Below are positions 27,787 to 37,320 of a stretch of 64,000 nucleotides of DNA, in pieces. Made by a program: the position numbers and the translations under genes. Within the stretch, counting starts at the first letter, position 1, and each line of letters opens with the position of its first letter. Below the pieces are notes generated by a model. That model searched no databases and had not been told where the DNA came from. It was given only the letters and a program-made list of their open reading frames with translations. Source of the DNA: a virus (lineage: Duplodnaviria > Caudoviricetes); the IMG/VR virus record IMGVR_UViG_3300033066_002431, positions 1 through 64,000 of that record. The stretch is one strand, 5' to 3'.

Positions 27787-28352
27787 AGCTGCTCAAAGTC
27801 ATCCCGAACCCCTTCACGCTGCTCGACGCGGACGGCATGCCTGCCGGCTTCACGTTCAGCGACCCCTTCCACTGGCCCTCTGGCCGTCCGTTCCAGGTGG
27901 TCGGAGGCCGGCTCACGAAGCGCGTCGAGCCCCACGGCGACGGGCCAGCAACCGCCGAAGACAGCCGTGAGTCGAAGGTGGTCGTGGGCGCGCTGGTCTC
28001 CCTGAAGGCGACCCCCGTCATCAACAGCGAGTATCACCGCGCGCGCATCCTCGGGGGCGAGATGATCGCCGCCGACAAGGAGACCGCGACCGAGTGCGGG
28101 ATTCGGGAGTTCGTGGACGCCGCGACGCTCCTCCGTGACGAGCGCGATGCGCGGGCACGGGAGTGGATGGCCGAGCACAACGGCGAGGCTCCTCCCTGCG
28201 CGCGGCTGGTCTTCGCCATGGACGGCGACGCCGTGAAGCTCACCGACCCAGGCCAGGCCCCTGCGCCGGCCAAGAAGAGCGTGCCTGTCGCGCCGTCCTC
28301 CGTCGCCGTCCTCTCGCCGCGCGCTGCCACCCCGGTGGCGCCGTCTCGCTGA
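27783..28352 (+). CDS. Hypothetical virion-module protein
   Basis: ATGA coupling; lies between terminator-like and sheath genes. Confidence 0.65.
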   Translation: MKLLKVIPNPFTLLDADGMPAGFTFSDPFHWPSGRPFQVVGGRLTKRVEPHGDGPATAEDSRESKVVVGALVSLKATPVINSEYHRARILGGEMIAADKETATECGIREFVDAATLLRDERDARAREWMAEHNGEAPPCARLVFAMDGDAVKLTDPGQAPAPAKKSVPVAPSSVAVLSPRAATPVAPSR

Positions 28353-28392
28353 TCTCGCCCGCCGTCCCCTTCTTCATCCACCGGAGTAGTTC

Positions 28393-29946
28393 ATGTCCAA
28401 TCTCCCCATCGGGAACGTCGCCGAGCTTACGCCCGACGACAAGTTCCCCGGCATCTACCTCAAGAGCACCGTCGAAACCGGATCGAGCGACGGAATCCCC
28501 TACCTGCTTATCGTCGGCGCGGTCGCAGCGGACGCGAGCGGGGCGCTCACCCCCGACAGCGAGGTCGTGGACGTCCTCTCGGACGTGGACGCGCTCTACT
28601 ACGCGGGCGCCAACAGCGAGGGGTACCGCATGCTCCTTCGCGCGCTCGGCGTGGGCGGGGTCAAGGTCAAGTTCGCAGCCGCCGCCATCACGAGCGGCGT
28701 GCAGGCGGAGGCCACCATCACGGTGGACGTCACCGGCACGATCGCGGAGACGGGCTCGATCTTCTTCCGGCTCGGTGGTCGTCCGGTGGGCCCCCTCGGC
28801 ATCGGGCTCGCCGACACCCCGCAGACGATCGCGAACGCCATCGCGGCCTTCATCAACGCCGACCCGGCCATGTGCGCGGCGGCTGCGGTGACGGCGGGTT
28901 CCGGCACGACCTACGTGGTGACCCTCACGGCGGGATCGGACGGCGCGCGCGGCAACAGTCTGATCATCTGGAAGGACACGGCGCTCACCCCCTCGGCGGT
29001 CACGGCCGTGCTCGCGGGTGGGTCGGCGGTCACGTCGGGCGGCATCCCCTTCCACAATGGCGCCGGCACGGAGAGCGTGGCGACGCTCCTCACCGCGCTC
29101 CAGAACGACGAGTATTACACGGTCGCGTTCGCGCAGCGGGACAGCACCAACCTCGGGCGCTGGGAGACGGCCACGAACACGAAGCTCGGGCCGCTCGTCG
29201 GGCTCCTCGAGAACCTCGTGTGCGGCACGGGCGGCACCCTCTCGGCCGCGGGCTCGCTCGCGCAGACGACGCTCAACCACAGCAGCTTCGAGATGCTCTG
29301 GATGGAAGAGCCCGAGACGCCCCCCGAGGAGTTCGCCGCGCAGTGGGCTGCGATCCGCCACTCCACGGAGGTCGGCCCCAACCCGAACAACCGCTACGAC
29401 CTCGTGCGGCTCGACGGCATCCAGCCGCAGGAAGCGCGCAGCAAGCAGCCCAGCCGAGCGACGCAGGTCGCCGCGCTGAACTACGGGCTCACGCCGCTGG
29501 GGACGACCGACAACCGCGTCATCCTCGCTCGCGCGGTCACCACGCGTACGCAGACGGACACCGGCGGTCAGGACGACGGCACGGTGGACGTCGCGCAGTG
29601 GCGCACGGCCCTCGAGTTCCGCCGCGCCCTGAAGAACATGCTGACCGACCACATGACGGTTCACCCGTACATCGTGGACGACCCCGCCGAGGGGAACGAG
29701 CCCGACGTCCCGCAGGGCGTGACGTACCCGAAGAACATCGCCAACGCGACGTGGTCCCTCGAATACCAGAAGCAGAACGACAAGTGGCTCGCGCACGTGA
29801 AGCTCAACCCGCCGCGGTGCGCGCTGCACCCGACGTCGGCCACGCCGCGCCCGATCCTCTACGCCCCGATCGAGGTGCTGCCGCTCCTTCACCAGATCGC
29901 GGGGACCGTCGCGCTCCGGAAATTCCAGGTCGCCGCGACCAACTGA
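28393..29946 (+). CDS. Contractile tail sheath protein (Mu gpL-like)
   Basis: YAGANSE..RM, A.ATITV.., IANAIAAFINAD, G..GN, GLTPL.., R.VTT motifs; 517 aa. Confidence 0.9.
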   Translation: MSNLPIGNVAELTPDDKFPGIYLKSTVETGSSDGIPYLLIVGAVAADASGALTPDSEVVDVLSDVDALYYAGANSEGYRMLLRALGVGGVKVKFAAAAITSGVQAEATITVDVTGTIAETGSIFFRLGGRPVGPLGIGLADTPQTIANAIAAFINADPAMCAAAAVTAGSGTTYVVTLTAGSDGARGNSLIIWKDTALTPSAVTAVLAGGSAVTSGGIPFHNGAGTESVATLLTALQNDEYYTVAFAQRDSTNLGRWETATNTKLGPLVGLLENLVCGTGGTLSAAGSLAQTTLNHSSFEMLWMEEPETPPEEFAAQWAAIRHSTEVGPNPNNRYDLVRLDGIQPQEARSKQPSRATQVAALNYGLTPLGTTDNRVILARAVTTRTQTDTGGQDDGTVDVAQWRTALEFRRALKNMLTDHMTVHPYIVDDPAEGNEPDVPQGVTYPKNIANATWSLEYQKQNDKWLAHVKLNPPRCALHPTSATPRPILYAPIEVLPLLHQIAGTVALRKFQVAATN

Positions 29947-29985
29947 GCGGCTCTCGCTCCGCTCCCCGTAACTCTCGAGGTTCCC

Positions 29986-30366
29986 ATGAGCGCTCCCACC
30001 CAAGTCTTCAAGGGCAACGCGGCCGTCGTCCGCGTGAACGGCGACAAGATCGCCACCTGCACGTCGAGCGACGTCGACTACAACACGAACAAGTCCAACG
30101 TCCCGATGTCCGACGGACTCGGCATCTCGAAGGGCTTCCCCATCGGCACCGTGAACCTCTCGACCTTCGAGACGACGAGCGGTCTGTCGTCGGTCGCGAT
30201 GGCCCAGCTCATCGCCGATCAGGACATCATCCAAATCGAGTTCACGCAGGGCGGCCAGACGATCCTCGTCACCGGCACGGGCGAGAAGTTCAGCAAGAAG
30301 AGCCAGACGGACAAGGGCATGACCGACGGCACGTACTCCTTCAGCGGCGCCGTCCAGATCATCTGA
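29986..30366 (+). CDS. Tail tube protein
   Basis: 126 aa beta-rich protein directly after the sheath. Confidence 0.8.
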   Translation: MSAPTQVFKGNAAVVRVNGDKIATCTSSDVDYNTNKSNVPMSDGLGISKGFPIGTVNLSTFETTSGLSSVAMAQLIADQDIIQIEFTQGGQTILVTGTGEKFSKKSQTDKGMTDGTYSFSGAVQII

Positions 30367-30367
30367 C

Positions 30368-31054
30368 ATGGCCAAGCTGAAAGACGTTCTGTTCGGCAAG
30401 CCGCGCCGCGAGCCGTGCTCCGTTCCGTCACTCGACGGAACGAGCACGCTCGACTTCGCGCTGCGGCTGCTCACCGGCGAGGAGTCCCGCACGGTGGAGC
30501 TGCAAGCGCGCAAGGTCGCCGGCACGAACTCCCCGAAGCCGGAAGACGCGCTCTACCAGCACGCGCGCATGGTGGGGCGCCTCATGCTCGCGTGCATCGA
30601 CAAGGACGTGGAGAACGCCGACGAGCCGTTCTTCGCGAACGAGAAAGAGGTGCTTCAGCATCTCGACGACGCGCGCATTACCTACGTGTACTTCGAGCAG
30701 CTCGGCTTCCAGACGAAGCATGCCCCGCCGCTCGAAAGCGTCGACTACGAGGACTTCATTCGGCTCACGTGGGCCAGCGTGCAGGAGGCGCAGAAGGGCG
30801 GCGACCCTGAGCGCCCTTTCGTTGGTTTGCCCTATCGAAAGCTCACGAGTTTCGCAGCGAGGTCGGCCGCAGCCCTTACGAGTCCAGCGCTTCCGCAATT
30901 GCTGTTTGGATCGCCGACAACGCCTGGCGCGGCCGGGTCGCCGAGTTCCGCGAGTTCGTCGGAAAGCTCGTCGAAGCCAAAGTCCTCGACCCCGACGCCC
31001 ACCGAGTCGTCGAGTCCATCGACCCCTCCCGTGATCCCTCCCGGTGACTCGTGA
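30368..31054 (+). CDS. Tail assembly chaperone (G-type, zero frame)
   Basis: Position between tube and tape measure; slippery heptamer inside; Ser/Pro-rich tail after it. Confidence 0.75.
   Translation: MAKLKDVLFGKPRREPCSVPSLDGTSTLDFALRLLTGEESRTVELQARKVAGTNSPKPEDALYQHARMVGRLMLACIDKDVENADEPFFANEKEVLQHLDDARITYVYFEQLGFQTKHAPPLESVDYEDFIRLTWASVQEAQKGGDPERPFVGLPYRKLTSFAARSAAALTSPALPQLLFGSPTTPGAAGSPSSASSSESSSKPKSSTPTPTESSSPSTPPVIPPGDS
30814..31047 (+). other. -1 ribosomal frameshift site C CCT TTC (30814-30820) and the -1 (T) reading frame
   Basis: X XXY YYZ heptamer is in register with the 30368 ORF; the -1 frame reads PFRWFALSKAHEFRSEVGRSPYE...VWIADNAWRGRVAEFREFVGKLVEAK to TGA at 31045-47. Confidence 0.75.
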
Positions 31055-31755
31055 AGGCCGCTGACCACGTCGCCATCTCGGCCCCGCCGAAGGTCTTCGT
31101 GATGGGGCCGACGTGCTTCACCGACAAGTGGAACGCGCGGCCCATAAAGCCGCTCCACGTCGGGCTCCGTCGCATCCCCGCAGAAGACCGCGCGCGCTGC
31201 GACAGCGAGGCGATCAAGCGGGCGGACGCGCTCATGCCCGAGAGTCGCCGCATCCGCGAAGACCCGATGTGGCAGCGCATCTACGAGGTGGTGTTCATTC
31301 ACTACCTGATCGGGTTCGCGCTCTGCAATCCGGTCGACGCGAACAAGCCTCTCTGGCAGGCACAGAACGGACAGACGCTCATCAACGTGAAGTGGCTCGA
31401 CTCCGGCGAGGTGCCCGAGACGAGCAAGATGGCGCGCTTCGCGGAGGAGTGCCCCGTGTCGAGCGCGCGCTTTTCGGAAGCTGGCATCGCACGACTACTC
31501 GACGAGATGGATCTGCTCGCGCAGGAAGACGCCGTCGCGCGCCGCATGGCCACTGACGAAGAGATGGTCGCTATCGGTGAGGCGTTCGCCGATGGGTCCT
31601 TCCTCGCTCGCCTGCGGGCAGCCGACAACGACGACGCGCGCGCCGTGGAAGCGCACCTGCGGATGTACGCGGGCGCGATGCTGACGCTCATGGAGAACGG
31701 TCGCCAGGCTCCGATGCCGATCATCGGGAAAGAGGAAGAGCACAAGCGTGGCTGA
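31051..31755 (+). CDS. Second tail-assembly-chaperone-like protein
   Basis: GTGA coupling; LHVGLRRI..ED resembles LDFALRLL..EE of the 30368 ORF. Confidence 0.6.
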   Translation: MKAADHVAISAPPKVFVMGPTCFTDKWNARPIKPLHVGLRRIPAEDRARCDSEAIKRADALMPESRRIREDPMWQRIYEVVFIHYLIGFALCNPVDANKPLWQAQNGQTLINVKWLDSGEVPETSKMARFAEECPVSSARFSEAGIARLLDEMDLLAQEDAVARRMATDEEMVAIGEAFADGSFLARLRAADNDDARAVEAHLRMYAGAMLTLMENGRQAPMPIIGKEEEHKRG

Positions 31756-34015
31756 CACGGTCCGCACGTACGAGATCCGCGTCTCCGCGGTGCTCGATCG
31801 CAGCACGTCCGCGGCAGCCGCGGACTTCGTGCAGCAATTCGAGCGCGCGGGGAAAGCCTCGAACAAGCAGGCCAATGAAGGGCTCCGCGCCCAGCAGCGT
31901 GCGGCGGCCGAGCAGGCTCGGGCGGTCCAACACGTCGCCGGGATCAAGGACCGCTACTTTGCCTCCGAGCAGCGCGCTGAAGAGAAGAAGATCCGCGAAC
32001 AGGTCTCCGCGCAGGAGAAGGCGACTCGCCACGTCGCCGGCATCAAAGACCGCTACTTCCGCGAGCAACAGCGGAACGAAGAGCGGGCCGAGCAGCAAGC
32101 CGCCCAGCGTGCGAAGAAGGCTCTCGACGAGCGCCGCGCGCAGGTGCGCCAGATCGCCAGCGACTCCATCTCGAACGTCGCGGCCGTCGCCAACAAGGCG
32201 ATGGGCATCGGCAAAGAGATCGCCGGCGGACTCGGGGTCAACTTCGGGGTGGGCTCCGGCATCTCGAAGGCCGTCCAGCTCCAGAAGATGGCCGTCGCCA
32301 TCGTCAACGCGGGCAACCGCGGCGCACAGGGAGAGGACCGCAACGGCCAAGTCCTCGCGCTCCAGGATCAGGCTCGGTCGATCGGCAACAAATACGCGTT
32401 CGACCCGACCAAGATGCTGGCCGGCTACGCGCAGTTCCAGGCAAAGACCGGCGACACGGCCACGGCGAGCGCTGGACTCGACAGGTTCGCGAAGCTCGCG
32501 AAGGGGATGAACGTCGAGCTCGACGACATGATCTCCATGGCCGGCGAGGTGTCTTCGAAGCTCGAAGACGGCTTCAAGCCAGGTGAGCAGCGGGCCGCGA
32601 AGGTCTACGAGGTGCTCAAGGCCATCACCGCGCAGGGGCAAGAAGGCGCGATCGAGATCAGCGACCTCGCGAAGGAAACCGCCCGTATCGGTGGCGGCGC
32701 CGGGTTCTTCAAGGGCGATATCGGCAACACGATCGTCAAGCTCGGCACCCTCGCACAGCTTGCCCGCCAGACAGGCGGCGCGACCTCCGCAGCGGACGCT
32801 TCTCGCGCCGTGGCGGCGTTCGTCACGACCCTCAAGACGCCGGCTCGGCGCAAGGCGTTCGACGCCAACAACGTCGAGTACAAGAGCGCCGATGGGTCGT
32901 TCTTGGACCCGTTCACCATCATCAAAAACGCCCTGAAGGCGACCGGCGGCGACACCGAGAAGATGAACGAGATGTTCAAGTCTTCTCTCGGCACGAAGCC
33001 GGTCGACGCGCTCGCGAAGGAGTTCAAGGCTGGCGGTGGTGGGGATGCTGGCTTGGCGAAGGTGGACGCCTTGCTCGCCAAGTTCTCGGGCTCTGTCTCC
33101 GACAACGTCATCGACGAGAACGTGACCCGCGCGATGGGCACGATGGAGTCGAAGGCGCAGCTCTTCCAGAACAAGCTCGACGTCATCACGGCCAGCCTCG
33201 CAGACCGCGTGCTCCCCGCCTTTGAGCGTCTCGCGCCCACCGTCGAGAAGGCCGTCAAGGCGTTCGCCGATGTCGTCGCATGGGCCTCGGAGAACCCGGG
33301 CCGCGCCATCACGATGGCGATCGTGGGCAGCATCGGGAAGGCCACCATCGGCCCCATGGTGAGCAAGGCGCTCACCGACATCATCGCGGGCCAGATGGGC
33401 GGCCCCGGTGCGCCAGGGGCCCCCTCCGCGGGCCGCACGATCGGTGGGATGCCAGTGGGGGCGAATGCGCTCGCGTCGGGCATGGCCATCGCCGCCATCG
33501 CGGTGACCACCTTCACGGTCGGCAGCATGATCGTGGACAAGCTTGTCGACTCCTCGAACAAGGCCGACACGGACCACCTGAACGACGACCTCAAGTCGAT
33601 GGCCGGGGACAGCATCCTGAAGGGGATCCTGAAGACCGGACAAGCGACGGAGGCGGAGAAGGCCGCGGCGCAAGACTCCGTGGCTGCGCTCGAACGGCGC
33701 ATCAAAGCGGCCAAGGCCGAAGACAACCAGATGATCGGCGGGACGTTCGGCGCGGCCCTGCGCGCGGGCGAGAACTACGTCACCGGCAGCGGGCCGGATC
33801 TCTCGTCCATGCAGAAGGCCCAAGAGGACGCGAAGCCTGAAGTCATGGCGCGACTCGAAGAGGAGCTTGCGACGCAGAAGGCCGCTTTGGCGAAGATGAG
33901 CGATGGCCTGCTCAACGGCACGATCAAGATCGTCGGCAAGGTGGAAGTGACCAACGCGGGCGACTTCAGCGCAGGCGGCGGCGGGGGCACCACCGGCGTG
34001 CCGGATCACTCATGA
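31748..34015 (+). CDS. Tape measure protein
   Basis: 755 aa Ala/Gly/Lys-rich helical protein; G..GAIEISDLAK motif; precedes DNA-circularisation gene. Confidence 0.9.
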   Translation: MADTVRTYEIRVSAVLDRSTSAAAADFVQQFERAGKASNKQANEGLRAQQRAAAEQARAVQHVAGIKDRYFASEQRAEEKKIREQVSAQEKATRHVAGIKDRYFREQQRNEERAEQQAAQRAKKALDERRAQVRQIASDSISNVAAVANKAMGIGKEIAGGLGVNFGVGSGISKAVQLQKMAVAIVNAGNRGAQGEDRNGQVLALQDQARSIGNKYAFDPTKMLAGYAQFQAKTGDTATASAGLDRFAKLAKGMNVELDDMISMAGEVSSKLEDGFKPGEQRAAKVYEVLKAITAQGQEGAIEISDLAKETARIGGGAGFFKGDIGNTIVKLGTLAQLARQTGGATSAADASRAVAAFVTTLKTPARRKAFDANNVEYKSADGSFLDPFTIIKNALKATGGDTEKMNEMFKSSLGTKPVDALAKEFKAGGGGDAGLAKVDALLAKFSGSVSDNVIDENVTRAMGTMESKAQLFQNKLDVITASLADRVLPAFERLAPTVEKAVKAFADVVAWASENPGRAITMAIVGSIGKATIGPMVSKALTDIIAGQMGGPGAPGAPSAGRTIGGMPVGANALASGMAIAAIAVTTFTVGSMIVDKLVDSSNKADTDHLNDDLKSMAGDSILKGILKTGQATEAEKAAAQDSVAALERRIKAAKAEDNQMIGGTFGAALRAGENYVTGSGPDLSSMQKAQEDAKPEVMARLEEELATQKAALAKMSDGLLNGTIKIVGKVEVTNAGDFSAGGGGGTTGVPDHS
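31931..32058 (+). repeat. 29-bp near-identical direct repeat (HVAGIKDRYF x2), 99-bp period
   Basis: cacgtcgccgg(g/c)atcaa(g/a)gaccgctactt at 31931 and 32030. Confidence 0.9.
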
Positions 34016-34920
34016 CTGACGTCTTCGACAACTGGAAACAGCTCTCTTACGGGGGCATCGTCTTTCCGTTCACGGACATCACGATCAAGGGCTCGCTCCG
34101 CCACTACCTGCACGAGTTCATCAAGCGGCCGGGGGGCGAGGTCGAGACCCTCGCTCGCAAGGCGTACGTGATCAGCGTGAAGTGCGAGATGATCGACACG
34201 GTCATCCCCGTGAACGGCTTCGCTCGATACATCGACCTCTACCCGTCGCGCCTCTCCGCGCTCATCTCCCTCTGCGAGCAGGGCGAGCCACAAGACCTCT
34301 TCCTGCCGAACCAGGGCAAGACGCTGCGCTGCAAGGCGACCGACTGGACGCGGAGCATCTCGGCGTCGCGGCGCTCCGGCGAGAGCGTCTCGTTCGAATT
34401 TCTCGAGGACAGCACCGAGGCCTTCACCACGCTCAACCTCATCGGTGCGACGTCGGCCTCGATCGTCCCGTTGATGGCCGTCGTCCAGCGCGAGGTGGAA
34501 GCGCTCAACGACCCGCGCACGAAGGACCCGCTGGCGAAGCTCATCGACGCCGTGAACAGCTACTTGGATGCGGTCGACCGGGTGACCGGAGAGATCGACT
34601 ACCAGACGGCGCGCATCGACATGGTCGTCACCCGCTGTGCGGCGCTAGCTGCGGTGCCCACGCTCGGCATGGCGACGGCTGCGAAGGCGCTCCGCTCCCT
34701 GACGCGCTTCTGGGCCACGACGGTGCGTGTGAGGGACGCCCACGCGTCGGCCTCGCGCCCGCTGCTCAACTTCGTGACGGACCGGCCGATGAACATCATC
34801 GACGTGGCCATCGCGCTCGGCGACCCGACCAAGGCGATCGAGCTTCTCCGCCTGAACGACCTCAACGACGCGATGAACATCCCCCGCAACACCGAGCTTC
34901 GCTACCTGGCGGCCGCCTGA
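34012..34920 (+). CDS. Mu gp43-like DNA circularisation / tail protein with C-terminal LysM-like domain
   Basis: SYGGIVFP...G...HEF..RPGGEVE.L.RK at N-terminus; IDVAI....K..ELLRLN.LND...IP at C-terminus. Confidence 0.85.
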   Translation: MTDVFDNWKQLSYGGIVFPFTDITIKGSLRHYLHEFIKRPGGEVETLARKAYVISVKCEMIDTVIPVNGFARYIDLYPSRLSALISLCEQGEPQDLFLPNQGKTLRCKATDWTRSISASRRSGESVSFEFLEDSTEAFTTLNLIGATSASIVPLMAVVQREVEALNDPRTKDPLAKLIDAVNSYLDAVDRVTGEIDYQTARIDMVVTRCAALAAVPTLGMATAAKALRSLTRFWATTVRVRDAHASASRPLLNFVTDRPMNIIDVAIALGDPTKAIELLRLNDLNDAMNIPRNTELRYLAAA

Positions 34921-36269
34921 TGGAAGACATTGTCGAGCTGATCCTCGCCGGTGAGACGCTGGTGACGGCGAAGGAGTACGTCATCACGCTCGGCGTGATG
35001 ATGGTGCCGAACAACTTCTCCATCGTCATCGGCACGGGGACCAGCGCGCTCGCGCTCATGCGCAAGTACCCCGCGGGCACGCCGTTCGTGCTGAAGATCA
35101 ACGGCGTCGTCCAGTTCATGGGGTGGACCGACGGCTACGAGCGGCCGAAGGGCGAGCACACCGAGATCCACATCACGGGGCGCGACCGCATGGCGCAACT
35201 GCTCGACGATTGCGTGGAGCACGATCGCACGTTCACGAACGCCACCTTCGAAGACCTCGCGCGGGCGATGATCACGGGCTCCGGCATCACGAGCTACCAA
35301 CTCAACTTCGACGCTCGCGCGCAGGCGAAGGCCATCACGGGGACGCCCATCGTCGAAGAAACCAAGGTCTACGAGAAGCAGCTCCTCGACTTCAACCAAA
35401 TCTTCGCGATCGACTCGTCGGGCTTCCCACCCGGCACCGACCTCAACTTCGCGCCGTACGACGTGCGGAAGAAGGAGGACATCACGGTCGACGTCGAGAA
35501 GGTCGTCAAGAAGATCAAGGGGTACAAGGCCGAGAAGCCGATCGAGTGGAAGGCGGGTACGACCTTCTACGCCGCCGGCAAGAAGGAGTTCGACCGCGGG
35601 GGCCTGTTCTTCCGAGGCGGCGTCGATCCGCTCGGCAAGCAGCCCAACACCTTCTTGCTCGCCGAGCCGAACGCGGCCCAAGAGCCGCTCTTCGGACTGG
35701 TCTGCACGCGCGAGCCGAACCCAGCCGACAACCTGATCAACGTCATGCCCCCGCACATCACCGACAGCGTCGTGGGGCGGCACGCGAAGTACATCGTGCG
35801 GGGGCGCACCGGCGGCGGCAAGAAGGGCCGCGAGCCCGTCGAAGGCGTCTACATCGATCAGCAGATGGTCGACCTCGGCTTCACCACGCGCCGAGTTGTG
35901 GTGGACGACCACGCGAAGACGAACGCGCAGGCGCTCTACCTCGCTCGGAAGCTCTGCACCGAAGCGAGGCGCATGCACCGCGTCTTCACGTACCACATGC
36001 CCCGCCAGCACACGGGGCCGATGCTTCGCGACCCATCGCGGCGCGCCATTCTCGCTCCCGACATCTGCGTTTCGCTGAAGGACGACGAGAACGGCATGGA
36101 GGGGGTGTTCTACAGCGAACGCGTCCGGCACATGGCGAGCGCGAACGGGCCCACCGGTACGGACATCACGATCATGGTGCCGGAAGACCTCGTGTACGGA
36201 GACGCCGAGTTCCTGGCGAACGCCACTCGCAAGGTGAGCGGCCGACACTGGGGAAAGAAGAAGCGATAA
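34920..36269 (+). CDS. Baseplate hub protein (Mu gp44-like)
   Basis: NNFSI..G, L.ING...G..D, I.GRD....L.D.C; position. Confidence 0.85.
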   Translation: MEDIVELILAGETLVTAKEYVITLGVMMVPNNFSIVIGTGTSALALMRKYPAGTPFVLKINGVVQFMGWTDGYERPKGEHTEIHITGRDRMAQLLDDCVEHDRTFTNATFEDLARAMITGSGITSYQLNFDARAQAKAITGTPIVEETKVYEKQLLDFNQIFAIDSSGFPPGTDLNFAPYDVRKKEDITVDVEKVVKKIKGYKAEKPIEWKAGTTFYAAGKKEFDRGGLFFRGGVDPLGKQPNTFLLAEPNAAQEPLFGLVCTREPNPADNLINVMPPHITDSVVGRHAKYIVRGRTGGGKKGREPVEGVYIDQQMVDLGFTTRRVVVDDHAKTNAQALYLARKLCTEARRMHRVFTYHMPRQHTGPMLRDPSRRAILAPDICVSLKDDENGMEGVFYSERVRHMASANGPTGTDITIMVPEDLVYGDAEFLANATRKVSGRHWGKKKR

Positions 36270-36892
36270 TGGACTTCGACCTCTCCCGGCACACCGTTGC
36301 ACTTCGCGATGAGGACGGCTTCGTGCGCGTCCAGCCGGAGGCTACCAGCACCGAGGGCACGCGCGACAACTACGAGGCGCTGCTTCACGCGGGCGTCATC
36401 GCGCGGCCGAAGGACCCCACCGACGGCACTGGCGCCAATCTGCTCGTGATGCGCCAGGGCGACGACGGGCGCGTGTTCATCGGACACGACCCGCGCTGGA
36501 TGGGAGTCCTCCCCGACTTCGGAGACGGCGGCACCGCGCTCTACGCCACCACCGAGATGAGCGGCGCGAAGAAGACCCCGTTCATTGGCTTCTTCGGCTC
36601 GGGCGGCGCGGAGGACGAAGGCACCTTCAAGATCGATGTCCCGACCGCCGCGGGGACGGCGACGGTCGTCATCAACGCCGAGACGGGCGACCTCACCATC
36701 ACGCACCCGAGCGGTACCGTCGCCATCGTGAAGAGCACCGGCGTAGAGCTCGGCGCGGCCGGCGGCATGGCCCTCGTGAAAGAGCCGATCATGGTCGCGG
36801 CGTGGTCGACCTTGCAGGGCGTGATCACGAGCCTCGGAAAGACGCTTCCGCCCCTCACCGGCGCGGGCACCACCCTGGTGAAGGGCACGTGA
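36269..36892 (+). CDS. Baseplate spike protein (Mu gp45-like)
   Basis: GVIARP, D.R...., GGTALY, followed by beta-helix repeats. Confidence 0.8.
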   Translation: MDFDLSRHTVALRDEDGFVRVQPEATSTEGTRDNYEALLHAGVIARPKDPTDGTGANLLVMRQGDDGRVFIGHDPRWMGVLPDFGDGGTALYATTEMSGAKKTPFIGFFGSGGAEDEGTFKIDVPTAAGTATVVINAETGDLTITHPSGTVAIVKSTGVELGAAGGMALVKEPIMVAAWSTLQGVITSLGKTLPPLTGAGTTLVKGT

Positions 36893-37320
36893 GCGGCGCG
36901 GGCGACTCTGGCGCGGGCTACTACGGCGCCGGCAACAACCCTCCGACGGGGAGCGAAGCGGCGAACGCTGCGCGCGTGCCGACGGGCCTCTACCTCGACT
37001 TGTCTGTGATGGACTTCCCGCTCGACGAGAACGGTCGGTACGTCGTGATCCACAACGTGGATCACCTCGCGCTGATGCTCATCGGGCCGGCGAACCCGCT
37101 TTGGAAAGAGCTTCCCGTCTCGGACGAAGACGACATGACGAGGCGCGCGGAAGAGATCGTCCGCGCGCGCTGGGTGAAGCTCATCGCGAACGGGGACATC
37201 AAGGACATCGTGGTGCGGGCGACACCTCGCGCGAACGGTGGGGCGACGGTCTACGTACAGTTCTTCAACACGCGTGATCCGGCCGCGAAGGCGAACAGCA
37301 AATACAAGGTGAACCTCTGA
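36889..37320 (+). CDS. Baseplate wedge protein (gp46/gp25-like)
   Basis: GTGA coupling; size and position before baseplate J. Confidence 0.65.
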   Translation: MSGAGDSGAGYYGAGNNPPTGSEAANAARVPTGLYLDLSVMDFPLDENGRYVVIHNVDHLALMLIGPANPLWKELPVSDEDDMTRRAEEIVRARWVKLIANGDIKDIVVRATPRANGGATVYVQFFNTRDPAAKANSKYKVNL

